A DNA stretch of 64,000 nt. It comes from an uncultured Acidobacteriota bacterium. GTDB lineage: Bacteria; Acidobacteriota; Vicinamibacteria; Vicinamibacterales; Fen-181. Every line of letters begins with the position of its first letter. Within the stretch, counting starts at the first letter, position 1. The notes beneath the pieces are model-generated. The model was not told where the DNA came from. It made no database searches and saw only the letters and a list, made by a program, of their open reading frames with translations. Shown in pieces: positions 16,761 through 25,404 of this stretch. A program made the position numbers and the translations under genes. The stretch lies in assembly GCA_963727765.1 (NCBI GenBank), contig CAVSGZ010000007.1, positions 462,344 through 526,343 on the forward strand. The letters are read 5' to 3'.

Positions 16761-18507
16761 GTTGGTGTCCTTGCTTGCGGATCTCCGCGTAGCGCGACTC
16801 GCAGTCGTGGCACAGCGCCGTGTCCTTCATATCCACCTGGGCCAGCGTCGCCGACCGCGCTATGACGCAGGTCGGCAACCGCACGATCACGGTCGTCCCT
16901 TCGCCCAACGCGCTCTCGATCTCGAGCGTCCCGCCGTGGCGCTCGATGATGCCGTAGACCACCGACAGGCCGAGGCCCGTTCCCTTCTCCTTGGTCGTGA
17001 AGAACGGGTCGAGGATGCGGGGCAGGAGCGCTGGCGCGATGCCCGGACCGGTATCGGTCATGCGCACCTCCACCTTCGAGCCGACATCCCGCGAGGTGAC
17101 GGTGAGCGATCCGCCCGTGGCCATCGCCTCGCACGCGTTGAGGGCGATGTTCACGAACGACTGGCGCAGCTGGCCGAAGTCGGCCTTCACGAGCGGCGTC
17201 GGCGGCAGGTCTTTCGCGAGCGTCACGTTCTGCATCTGCAGCCGGTGGGCGAGCAGGGACAAGGCCTCTTCGACGACCGCGCTGACGTCGAGCTCCTTCA
17301 GGCTCGGCGGGCGCTGCCGGGCAAAGTCGAGCAGGTTCCGGACGATCCCGCTGCAGCGCTCGGTTTCGCGCTGCACGAGCCGGAGGTTGCGCGTGCAGTT
17401 CTCGCGCATCTTCTCGTTGAGCTCGCCCTCCTCGTGCATGCGGATGAGGAGCTTGGCGTAGGTCAGGATGCCGGCCAGCGGGTTGTTGATCTCATGGGCC
17501 ACCGACGCGGCGAGCTTGCCGAGCGACGACATCTTCTCGGACTGGATGAGCTGCGCCTGTGCGCTCTTGAGGGCGTTGGTGCGCTCCTCGACCTGGCGCT
17601 CGAGGGTCTCGTTCAGCTGCCGGAGCTCGTCGTGCGCCTGTCCGAGCGACGTCGTCATCTGGTTGAACGAGGCGGCGAGCCGGCCGATCTCGTCGGTTTG
17701 CCGCATCCGGATCTGGTGGCCGAGATCGCCCTGGGCCACGCGTTCGGTGGCGGCGACAATCTCGCCGATCGGTCGGATGACGCGGCCCCTGAAGAACAGG
17801 CCCACGGCGACAGCCAGCAGCAGCACGCCGATCACCGAGAACACCGTCGTCTTGCGCCCGAGCGCGGCCACGGCGTGGTCCTCGTCCTCGAGAGACATCG
17901 CGATGTCCACCACGCCGAGCACGGGCCTGGCGGCCGGATGCACGTGACACGAGGCGGACGAACAGGTGGCCTCGTTGTAGATCGGCGTGATCATGGCGAG
18001 GACGCGGTGGTTGTTGCGCCTGAAGATGCGCGAGCGCGACGGCATATTGAGTCGCACGAGGGGCTGGCCGGCGGCGTGGCAGGCGTAGCAGGCCTCGGCG
18101 CGCTTGTCGACCAACCGGCCTTCCTCGGCCCGGTCGGTCGAGAAGGTGACGCGCCCCTCCTTGTTGAGCATCCGGACCTGCTCGATCCCGCGGAGCCGCC
18201 CAATCATGTCCATCGTGCGATAGGCGGCGGCCCGGTCGTTGCTCAACATGAAGTGGTAGGTGCTGGCCTTGATGGTGTCGCTGAACTGCGCCGCGCCGCG
18301 GAGCACCTCCGCGGTCAGATAGGCCTGCTGGGCGCGCAGGCTCGTCACGATGAGGACGGCGCCAGAGACCAGCGTCACGAGCGCGATGACGCCCGCCGCC
18401 TGGACGCCCAGGCGATTCCACCACCGGACCCGAAGCGTCGGGGTCGGCGGCAGGACCTGCGGCTCAGTTGGCGTCTGGGGAGGCATCACGGCACTCCAGG
18501 CCGGCAC
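16750..18507 (-). CDS. Sensor histidine kinase with two TM helices, a periplasmic loop carrying CXXCH, HAMP, HisKA and HATPase domains
   Basis: H-box SVAHEINNPLAGI, N/G boxes (NIALNACEA, TDTGPGI, GTGLGLS), HAMP after TM2. CYACH at 18076..18090 and CSSASCH at 17944..17964 lie in the predicted periplasmic loop. Confidence 0.9.
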   Translation of the reverse strand: MPAWSAVMPPQTPTEPQVLPPTPTLRVRWWNRLGVQAAGVIALVTLVSGAVLIVTSLRAQQAYLTAEVLRGAAQFSDTIKASTYHFMLSNDRAAAYRTMDMIGRLRGIEQVRMLNKEGRVTFSTDRAEEGRLVDKRAEACYACHAAGQPLVRLNMPSRSRIFRRNNHRVLAMITPIYNEATCSSASCHVHPAARPVLGVVDIAMSLEDEDHAVAALGRKTTVFSVIGVLLLAVAVGLFFRGRVIRPIGEIVAATERVAQGDLGHQIRMRQTDEIGRLAASFNQMTTSLGQAHDELRQLNETLERQVEERTNALKSAQAQLIQSEKMSSLGKLAASVAHEINNPLAGILTYAKLLIRMHEEGELNEKMRENCTRNLRLVQRETERCSGIVRNLLDFARQRPPSLKELDVSAVVEEALSLLAHRLQMQNVTLAKDLPPTPLVKADFGQLRQSFVNIALNACEAMATGGSLTVTSRDVGSKVEVRMTDTGPGIAPALLPRILDPFFTTKEKGTGLGLSVVYGIIERHGGTLEIESALGEGTTVIVRLPTCVIARSATLAQVDMKDTALCHDCESRYAEIRKQGHQHDE

Positions 18508-18753
18508 GCGCGGGCGGGACGGCCCTCAAGCTCTCGGTCGTGGACGCCGCCGGAGGACGAGGGCCCCGAAGGACAGGGCCCGAACGGTCGACGGGTGTTC
18601 ATTCTACAGCGAATGTGGCCGGGCTCATGTGCCCATGTTGAGAAATCCAACGCTCGATCGGCGAGCCAGTCCGCCTTCGCCGGGCTACGGCGGACCCGCC
18701 CAAGCGCTTCGCGCGGAGGCGGGGAGGCTCGCGCCACCGGCGGCCTTGCGGGG

Positions 18754-18759
18754 TATAAT
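18754..18759 (+). promoter_or_regulatory. Candidate -10 box TATAAT embedded in the inverted repeat GCGGGG-TATAAT-CCCCGC
   Basis: Perfect TATAAT 22 nt upstream of ATG 18782. The -35 is weak. The same architecture occurs at 49803..49816. Confidence 0.4.
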
Positions 18760-18781
18760 CCCCGCGTCCCTTGTCAACCCT

Positions 18782-20368
18782 ATGAGTCTTCCAGGGCTGG
18801 TCATCACGGGCGCGTCTGGCTTCCTGGGCCGTCATCTGGTGCAGGCCGTGCGCGAGGACTACCGCGTCTTTGCCGTCGCCCGGCGGGCCCAGGCGCGCAG
18901 CGCGGTCGCGCTCCATCAGAACCTGACCTGGCTGCAGGCCGATATCTGCGAGCGGCCGCTGATCGAGACGGCCTTCGCCGAGATCGGGCGTCAGGGCGGG
19001 GCGGAGACGGTGGTGCACCTGGCGGCCCTCTCCGATTTCACGGGGGGCGACGACGCAGAGTTCTGGCGCACCAACGTGGTCGGCCTCCGCAACGTGCTGG
19101 AGGCGGCGACGGCGCACGGCGTTCGACACGTCGTCTTCTCCAGTGCGCTGACCGCGTGTCGGGCGCCGCGTCCCGGGCGCGCGATCACCGAGGAAAGCCC
19201 TCCGCACGGGAGGCACATCGACGCGGTGACCAAGCGGGAAGGCGAAGCGCTGATGTTCGAGTTCAGCGACCGGCTGCATCCGGTGATCATCCGCTTTGCG
19301 CCGCTCTTCTCGGACTGGTGCGAACATCCGCCCCTGTTCATGCTGCTCGAGACCTGGCTGTCCGACGCGTGGAACCACCGGCTGGTCTGCGGCCAGGGAC
19401 AGTCGGCCGTACCGTACCTGCACATCAACGACGCGACACTCGTCCTGCTCGACGTCCTGTCGAGGCTCGACGAGCTGAAGCCGTGCGAGGTGCTGCTGGC
19501 GAGCGGCGACCGCGCCGTCTCGCACCGTGAGCTCTACGAAGCGGCGACGCTCGCGTTCTCGGGCGCGAGGCAGAAGCCGGTCTTCGTGCCGCGGGCGCTG
19601 TGCGGGCCCGCGCTGGCCATTCGCGACGTGATCGCGCGGATGAGCGGCGAGCCGGCCGCCGAGCGCGCCTGGATGACAAGCACGATCGACGCCGTGTTGC
19701 GCACCGACGCGAGCCGGACGCGAGCGCGGCTCGACTGGTCACCGCGGTCGCGCCTCGAGATCCTGCGGCGCATGCCGTTCCTCATCGAGAATTTCCGAAC
19801 CGATCCCGCGACGTGGGCCGAAGTGAACCGTGCGGCCATGCGGCGGGTGAGCGTCCCGGCCAATCTCAAGATCCACTGGCTGCTCGAGCAGCATCAGGAA
19901 ACCGTGATGAGCAGGTTCACCCAGATGCTGACCGGCGCGGACGGCAGGGACCGGTTCCCGAGTTACCAGAGCCTCACGCCGGCGCAGCACGACTGGCATC
20001 ATCGCCTCGTGTACCGCAACCTGTTGAGCGCCGTTCGCACGCGAGACAAGGGCGTGTTCATGGGCTACTGCCGCGACCTGGCCGAGCAGCGGCTCAAGGA
20101 GGGTTACACTGCCAACGAGTTGTGCGGCGCGCTCGAAACACTGAACCTGGTGTGCTGGCGCGTGCTGCGGCGCGATCCAACATCGAACGGCCTGCGCCAG
20201 GCCATCACCGACTATGTCACGGCCACACTCCGTTCGGGCTGCGACCAGGCGCAGGAGGTCTTCGAGCTGGCCGAGGCCCGAGAGCACCGAGCGGCCCACC
20301 GTTTGTCGGACGAGAGGGCAGCAGTTCGGGCGGAAGTAAGCGTAAGTACTGGACCAGGAACCACTTAG
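18782..20368 (+). CDS. NAD-dependent epimerase/dehydratase (SDR) fused to a ~200-aa C-terminal helical domain of unknown function
   Basis: MSLPGLVITGASGFLGRHLV Rossmann start at ATG 18782 (the track ORF from 18350 is an over-extension). The SDR fold runs to about aa 300, followed by a helical domain (HWLLEQHQETVMSRFTQML..). Confidence 0.75.
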   Translation: MSLPGLVITGASGFLGRHLVQAVREDYRVFAVARRAQARSAVALHQNLTWLQADICERPLIETAFAEIGRQGGAETVVHLAALSDFTGGDDAEFWRTNVVGLRNVLEAATAHGVRHVVFSSALTACRAPRPGRAITEESPPHGRHIDAVTKREGEALMFEFSDRLHPVIIRFAPLFSDWCEHPPLFMLLETWLSDAWNHRLVCGQGQSAVPYLHINDATLVLLDVLSRLDELKPCEVLLASGDRAVSHRELYEAATLAFSGARQKPVFVPRALCGPALAIRDVIARMSGEPAAERAWMTSTIDAVLRTDASRTRARLDWSPRSRLEILRRMPFLIENFRTDPATWAEVNRAAMRRVSVPANLKIHWLLEQHQETVMSRFTQMLTGADGRDRFPSYQSLTPAQHDWHHRLVYRNLLSAVRTRDKGVFMGYCRDLAEQRLKEGYTANELCGALETLNLVCWRVLRRDPTSNGLRQAITDYVTATLRSGCDQAQEVFELAEAREHRAAHRLSDERAAVRAEVSVSTGPGTT

Positions 20369-20391
20369 CGCTGGGAATGGAGAGGCGGACA

Positions 20392-20757
20392 ATGGCAGCG
20401 AAGCAAATCGGCGGCACGGCAGCGAAGACCGGCTTCTACTGGAACCTGGGCAAGTGGAAAATCACCATGGTGCCCAGGCAGGGCGGCACCCTGCCCGGAG
20501 ACGCGAACCGGCGCTACGTGAAGATCCCCGTCCTGGCGCTGCTCGTCGTGGCCCCGCTTATGGGCGCCGTCTACGTGATTCTCCTGCCGTTTGTCGGCCT
20601 CCTCGGGCTGTTCAGGCTCTTCGGCAAGGAGGCGGCCGCGGCCGGTCCCGGAGCCTCGGACGCCGAAGACGGCGACGTTGTCGATCCGGTCTCGATTGAC
20701 GCCTCGGTCCAGGGCAAGCAGCGCACCGAGCCGCGGCGGCCGGACCTGCACGACTGA
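20392..20757 (+). CDS. Small membrane protein, hypothetical (121 aa)
   Basis: ATG 20392 preceded by GGAGAGG. One long hydrophobic segment (IPVLALLVVAPLMGAVYVILLPFVGLLGLF). Lies in the frame of track ORF 19600..20757. Confidence 0.55.
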   Translation: MAAKQIGGTAAKTGFYWNLGKWKITMVPRQGGTLPGDANRRYVKIPVLALLVVAPLMGAVYVILLPFVGLLGLFRLFGKEAAAAGPGASDAEDGDVVDPVSIDASVQGKQRTEPRRPDLHD

Positions 20758-20945
20758 GGGAACTCAGGCTGTAGCCTCCACTCTCTGGTTGCCGCGATCT
20801 GCGGCGACGATCCAGGTCCGCGCCGAGCCGCACAGGGGTGTGTCCTGGTGTTGCGTGCAAATGCTGTCGCGCCAACGACTTGCGCTGCGTCGGTGCGGAC
20901 CTGGCGCGCCGACCGGAGTCTCGACCATTTCGGTGTGCTTTCGAG

Positions 20946-20973
20946 TTGACATGTCGGGCGCATTCGACATAAT
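20946..20973 (+). promoter_or_regulatory. Candidate sigma70-type promoter (TTGACA-16 nt-CATAAT) upstream of the fused cytochrome gene
   Basis: TTGACA at 20946..20951 and CATAAT at 20968..20973, about 100 nt upstream of ATG 21074. A GGGAGG/CCTCCC hairpin lies in the leader. Confidence 0.5.
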
Positions 20974-21073
20974 CAGGCGAATATCGGGAGGTGGCCCCTC
21001 CCGCGCCCGACACCGGAAACCTGACCAGACCCCTGAGGGCGAGACGTCTTCAGAGACGGCTGTTGCTATAACT

Positions 21074-24000
21074 ATGGACATCAATCGACGACGATTCCTC
21101 CGATTCGGTCTCGCCGCTTCATCTGTGGCGACCTCGTCTTCCCTCCTCGCCAGCGAGTCGCCGAGTCCCGCGGCGGCGGCCATGCCCGACCACGTCGGCG
21201 TGCTCGTCGACACCACGCTGTGCATCGGCTGCCGTGAATGCGAGTCGGCCTGCAACCGCCGCAACAACCTGCCTCGTGTCACGACCTCTTTCTCCGATCG
21301 AGGCATCTTCAGGACGTTCCGCCGCCCATCGGAGACCGCCTTCACCGTCGTGAACCAGTTCCCTGGCAGCCCGTCGCACGACCAGGCCTCGCTTCAGGAG
21401 ACCTATTGCAAGGTGCAGTGCATGCACTGCCTGAACCCCTCCTGCGTCTCGGCCTGCATCGTCGGAGCGCTGACCAAGGCGCCAGATGGGGCAGTCGTCT
21501 ACAACCCGAGGATCTGCATCGGCTGTCGATACTGCCAGGTCGCGTGCCCGTTCGAGGTCCCGGCCTACGAGTTCAACGAACCGCTCGTACCGCGCGTCCG
21601 GAAGTGCGAGTTCTGCAGCGATCGGGTGAAGGGCACCGGTGCCAATCCCGCGTGCGCGGCCTCGTGCCCGACCGAGGCGCTGGTGTTCGGGCGCCGCGCC
21701 GATTTGGTGGCCATGGCCAAGGAGCGGCTCGCCCGCCGGCCCGACCGCTATGTCGACCACCTGTACGGGGAGCATGAGGTGGGGGGCACGTCGTGGATAT
21801 ACCTCACGGGGCGGCCCGTGCAGGAGGTCGGGCTGGTGAACCTGCCCGACACGCCGCCGCCGGAACGTACCGAGGCCATCCAGCACGGCATCTTCAAGTA
21901 CGGCATCATTCCGGTCGCCGTTTACGGCCTGTTGGCGGCCGTCATGTGGCACACACATCGGCAGCACCCGGAAGACCATCCGGGCATTGGTGAGGTCAGC
22001 AGCCCGGCTTCCGCCGCCAAGCCGGGACGAGGGTGGGCGATCATGACGCCGCTGCACAGCGACCGGCCGCATCGCGTCACAAAGCCGTTCTTCACGTTTG
22101 GCACCGTGACGTTGTGTCTCATCATGGGCGTCGGCTACGCCTTCGGCATCACGCGGATGCTGCTCGGCCTCGGCCGCGTGACCAACCTCGACAACCACAG
22201 TCCGTGGGGCATCTGGATCTCGTTCGACGTCGCGTGCGGCGTGGCACTGGCCGCCGGCGGTTTCACCACGGCGGCGCTCGTCGACATCTTCGGCCAGCGG
22301 CGGTTCAAGGCGCTGCTCCGTCCCGCCATCCTCACCGCCTTCCTCGGCTACCTCTGGGTGGCCATCGCCCTCAGTTTCGACCTCGGGAGGTACTGGAACA
22401 TCTGGCGCCCGATCTTCAACTGGCAGGGCAACTCGGTGCTGTTCGAAGTCGGGATGTGCGTCACCGTCTACCTCATGGTGCTGACGGTGGAGATGAGCCC
22501 GTCGATCCTGGAGGGCCTGAAGGCGCGGGTCGATCAGGACGAGTGGGGAGCCAGGCTGCTTCGGAAGATCGATCGGCCGCTGATGACGCTGTACGCGGCA
22601 GTCCGGATTGTCCTGCCGCTGTTCATCGTCGCCGGCGTGGTCCTGTCGTGCATGCACCAGTCGTCGCTCGGCACGCTGATGCTGATCGCGCCGACCAAGT
22701 CGAGCCCGCTGTGGGACACGGCCATGCTGCCCGTGCTGTTCCTGCTGTCGGCGACGATGGTCGGTTTCCCGATGGTGATTCTCGAGTCCATCTACGCGAA
22801 CATCAGCTTCGGCCGCAACCCGGAGATGGAGCTGCTGACGCCGATCGCGAAGATGATCCCCTGGTTCATCGGCGCCTACGGGGTCGTGAAGCTGGGCGAC
22901 CTGGCGTTCCGCTTCGGCAGCCTGGACTTCTTCGCGCACCCGGCGGCCACCACCTCGCTCGCGGTGGAGATCCTCCTCGGTGTCGTCGCGCCGTTCCTCC
23001 TGCTGCTCAACAAGGCGGTGCGCCGCTCGCAGGGGTGGCTGTTCCTCTCGGTGGCGCTCATCATTTTCGGCGTCGTACTGAACCGGATTAACGTGTTCCT
23101 GGTCGGCTATACGCCGCCCTACGCGACACACGCCTACTTCCCCTCGGTGGGCGAGATCGCGATGACGTTCGCGATCGTGTCGAGCATCCTGTTCTGCTAC
23201 CGCTTCTTCGTCACGTTCTTCCCCATCCTGCCCGGCTACCTGCCGGAGAGCGAGAACCAGCTCGAACGCATCCGCGAGGAGCGGGAGAAGACAGTGAGCC
23301 CGTTCTGGACGTGGGTGATTCGGGGGGCGGCCATCGCGTTTCTGATCGGGTTCGTCGGACTCTACAACGGCGTCCACGTGACCGCCATGCGGGGATCGAC
23401 CCGGCTCGTCGCGGATATCCGGCGGGTCCAGTCGGCCGCACCGGTCTTCGTCAAGGTCGAGGCCGTCGCCTACCCAAACCGCCCGGCGGCCTACCGGAAC
23501 TTCTTCGAGCTGAACAGCGAGGCGTTGAGGGCGAAATCGGACGACTACGAGCCGGTGGCCTTCTCGCACCGCATCCACGACGAGATCACGGGCGGGGACT
23601 GCGGCGCCTGCCACCATCGCTTTTCGTCCGACCCGAAGGACCGGGTCGGCGTGGACATCCGCGAACTCCACGGGCAGTTCGGAGTGAAGCTGGGCGGAGC
23701 CTGTTCCACCTGCCACCAGGACATGCAGACGAACGCGCCCCAGGGCTGCCCCCGCTGCCACGGCAACCCGTCGGAGGCTGATGCGCCGTCGCGGATTGGA
23801 CTCAAGGGTGCCTACCACCGGCAGTGCATCGGTTGTCATCAGAGCCAGCCCAAGACGGCGTCCGCGCCGACGGCCTGCAACGGCTGCCATCATCCATGGA
23901 CGCCCGACCACGGCAGGCTCGTGAACCTTCCGGCACATTCGAGTCCGCAGGACGTGACGCGCGCGTGCCTCTCCTGCCACGCGAAAGCCGGGCATGACAT

Positions 24001-25336
24001 GCTGAACACCGCCCATTGGACCTGGAAGGGGATGTCGCCGACGCTCAAGGGATACGAGCACCGCCTGGACGTCGGCCTCACCGTGCTGGCGAACGGCAGC
24101 TGCGCGGCGTTCGGCTCGTCCTCCGGTGAATGCGCGTCATGCCATGTCGGCTACGGTTGGGTCGACACGAAGTTCGACTTCACCAACCCGGACAACATCG
24201 ACTGCCTCGTGTGCCACGACACGACCGGAACCTACCGCAAAGAGCCGGGCCGTGCCGGCTTGCCGGACCCCTCGCTCGACCTCGAGGCCATCGCCCGGAA
24301 GGTCGGCCGTCCCTCGAAGCAGACGTGCGGATCGTGCCATGTCGCCAGTGGTAGTGACGGCATCCTGTACGCGAAGCGAGGCGACCTCGAGCCCGCGCTG
24401 GCAAGTCCGCCCGCCGAACTCGACGTGCACATGGGCGCGCTCAAGATGCGATGCCAGGACTGTCACCAGACCAACGAGCACCGCGTCGCGGGCACCTCGA
24501 CCGGCCAGCCGGCCGCAGAAGGCCCGGTGTCGTGCGAGAAGTGCCATGGCCAGACGCCGCATGGCGTGGCCGGCGTGCTCAGCCGGCACCTCGACGATCA
24601 CGTCAGGGCAGTGGCGTGCGAGACCTGCCACATCCCGTCGTTCGCGCGCACGTCACCGGCACTGCTCCGACGCGACTACTCGGCGGCCGGCGCCGATCGG
24701 CCCGCGACGGTCGGCCGCGACGGGATGCCGCAGTACGACAAGCGCTTCGGCACGCTCACCTGGGGCAAGGAGGTGGCGCCAATCTACCTCTGGTACGACG
24801 GCACACGGACTCCCTCGGTCGCCGGTGACGCCATCGACCCGTCGAAACCGGTTGTCCTCAACCCACCGGTGGGCGAGAAGCGAAACCCGGCCGCGCGGAT
24901 CTTCCCGTTCCAGGTGCAGGCGGCCGTGCAACCCTACGACTCCATCAACAAGGTCCTGGCATTGCCGAAACTGCTCGATGGGTACTGGGTCAATTTCGAC
25001 TGGTCGAAGTCGATCGCCAGCGGGATGCAGGAGGCGAACGTCCCCTATTCCGGGAAATACGGCTTCGTCGAAACCAGGATGTACGTCCCGATCTACCATG
25101 AGGTCGTCGCCGCCAAGAAGGCGTTGGGCTGCGCCGACTGCCATGCCGCCGACGCCATCACCTGCACCCGGTGTCACAAGGACGCGGCAGGGATGAACCT
25201 CCCCGAACATCGGCGCGCGGTCTATCCGGCCGTGTCGCGGCGGATTGACTTCAAATCGCTTGGGTACCCTGACGATCCCGCTCGGACCGGTGGGCGGTTC
25301 TACGTCGGGCTCGGCCGCGGCGTGCCGCCGCGGTAA
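21074..25336 (+). CDS. Fusion protein: Tat-signal 4x[4Fe-4S] ferredoxin (NrfC/HybA-like) + NrfD/HybB-like polytopic membrane domain + multihaem cytochrome c with 14 CXXCH
   Basis: No in-frame stop from 20591 to 25336. ATG 21074 gives MDINRRRFLRFGL (twin-Arg). Four Cys clusters, then about 12 hydrophobic helices, then 14 CXXCH motifs (CGACH, CSTCH, CPRCH, CIGCH, CNGCH, CLSCH, CASCH, CLVCH, CGSCH, CQDCH, CEKCH, CETCH, CADCH, CTRCH). Confidence 0.85.
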   Translation: MDINRRRFLRFGLAASSVATSSSLLASESPSPAAAAMPDHVGVLVDTTLCIGCRECESACNRRNNLPRVTTSFSDRGIFRTFRRPSETAFTVVNQFPGSPSHDQASLQETYCKVQCMHCLNPSCVSACIVGALTKAPDGAVVYNPRICIGCRYCQVACPFEVPAYEFNEPLVPRVRKCEFCSDRVKGTGANPACAASCPTEALVFGRRADLVAMAKERLARRPDRYVDHLYGEHEVGGTSWIYLTGRPVQEVGLVNLPDTPPPERTEAIQHGIFKYGIIPVAVYGLLAAVMWHTHRQHPEDHPGIGEVSSPASAAKPGRGWAIMTPLHSDRPHRVTKPFFTFGTVTLCLIMGVGYAFGITRMLLGLGRVTNLDNHSPWGIWISFDVACGVALAAGGFTTAALVDIFGQRRFKALLRPAILTAFLGYLWVAIALSFDLGRYWNIWRPIFNWQGNSVLFEVGMCVTVYLMVLTVEMSPSILEGLKARVDQDEWGARLLRKIDRPLMTLYAAVRIVLPLFIVAGVVLSCMHQSSLGTLMLIAPTKSSPLWDTAMLPVLFLLSATMVGFPMVILESIYANISFGRNPEMELLTPIAKMIPWFIGAYGVVKLGDLAFRFGSLDFFAHPAATTSLAVEILLGVVAPFLLLLNKAVRRSQGWLFLSVALIIFGVVLNRINVFLVGYTPPYATHAYFPSVGEIAMTFAIVSSILFCYRFFVTFFPILPGYLPESENQLERIREEREKTVSPFWTWVIRGAAIAFLIGFVGLYNGVHVTAMRGSTRLVADIRRVQSAAPVFVKVEAVAYPNRPAAYRNFFELNSEALRAKSDDYEPVAFSHRIHDEITGGDCGACHHRFSSDPKDRVGVDIRELHGQFGVKLGGACSTCHQDMQTNAPQGCPRCHGNPSEADAPSRIGLKGAYHRQCIGCHQSQPKTASAPTACNGCHHPWTPDHGRLVNLPAHSSPQDVTRACLSCHAKAGHDMLNTAHWTWKGMSPTLKGYEHRLDVGLTVLANGSCAAFGSSSGECASCHVGYGWVDTKFDFTNPDNIDCLVCHDTTGTYRKEPGRAGLPDPSLDLEAIARKVGRPSKQTCGSCHVASGSDGILYAKRGDLEPALASPPAELDVHMGALKMRCQDCHQTNEHRVAGTSTGQPAAEGPVSCEKCHGQTPHGVAGVLSRHLDDHVRAVACETCHIPSFARTSPALLRRDYSAAGADRPATVGRDGMPQYDKRFGTLTWGKEVAPIYLWYDGTRTPSVAGDAIDPSKPVVLNPPVGEKRNPAARIFPFQVQAAVQPYDSINKVLALPKLLDGYWVNFDWSKSIASGMQEANVPYSGKYGFVETRMYVPIYHEVVAAKKALGCADCHAADAITCTRCHKDAAGMNLPEHRRAVYPAVSRRIDFKSLGYPDDPARTGGRFYVGLGRGVPPR

Positions 25337-25349
25337 GGAGTGAATCGAC

Positions 25350-25378
25350 CACGGCCCGCGCGGCAGCGCCGGGCCGTG
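25350..25378. terminator. GC-rich hairpin between convergent cytochrome genes (candidate bidirectional terminator)
   Basis: CACGGCCCG(CGC)..(GCG)CCGGGCCGTG inverted repeat between stop 25336 (+) and stop 25405 (-). No clear U-tract. Confidence 0.5.
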
Positions 25379-25404
25379 TCGCTTCGTGACCGCTGAACGT
25401 CGGG

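Noticed and set aside
16729-19530. 933-aa plus-strand ORF overlapping the sensor kinase and the SDR gene
   Set aside because: It is antisense to a motif-rich histidine kinase and is out of frame with the SDR Rossmann start at 18782.
20591-21073. N-terminal 161-codon extension of the giant ORF upstream of MDINRRRF
   Set aside because: The twin-arginine signal must be N-terminal. The extension is Arg/Ser/Pro-rich, overlaps the previous gene and contains a good TTGACA/CATAAT promoter.
21119-24061. 980-aa minus-strand ORF opposite the FeS-NrfD-cytochrome fusion
   Set aside because: It is a shadow ORF. The translation is Arg/Gly/Asp/His-rich with no motifs, while the plus strand shows FeS clusters, TM helices and CXXCH motifs.
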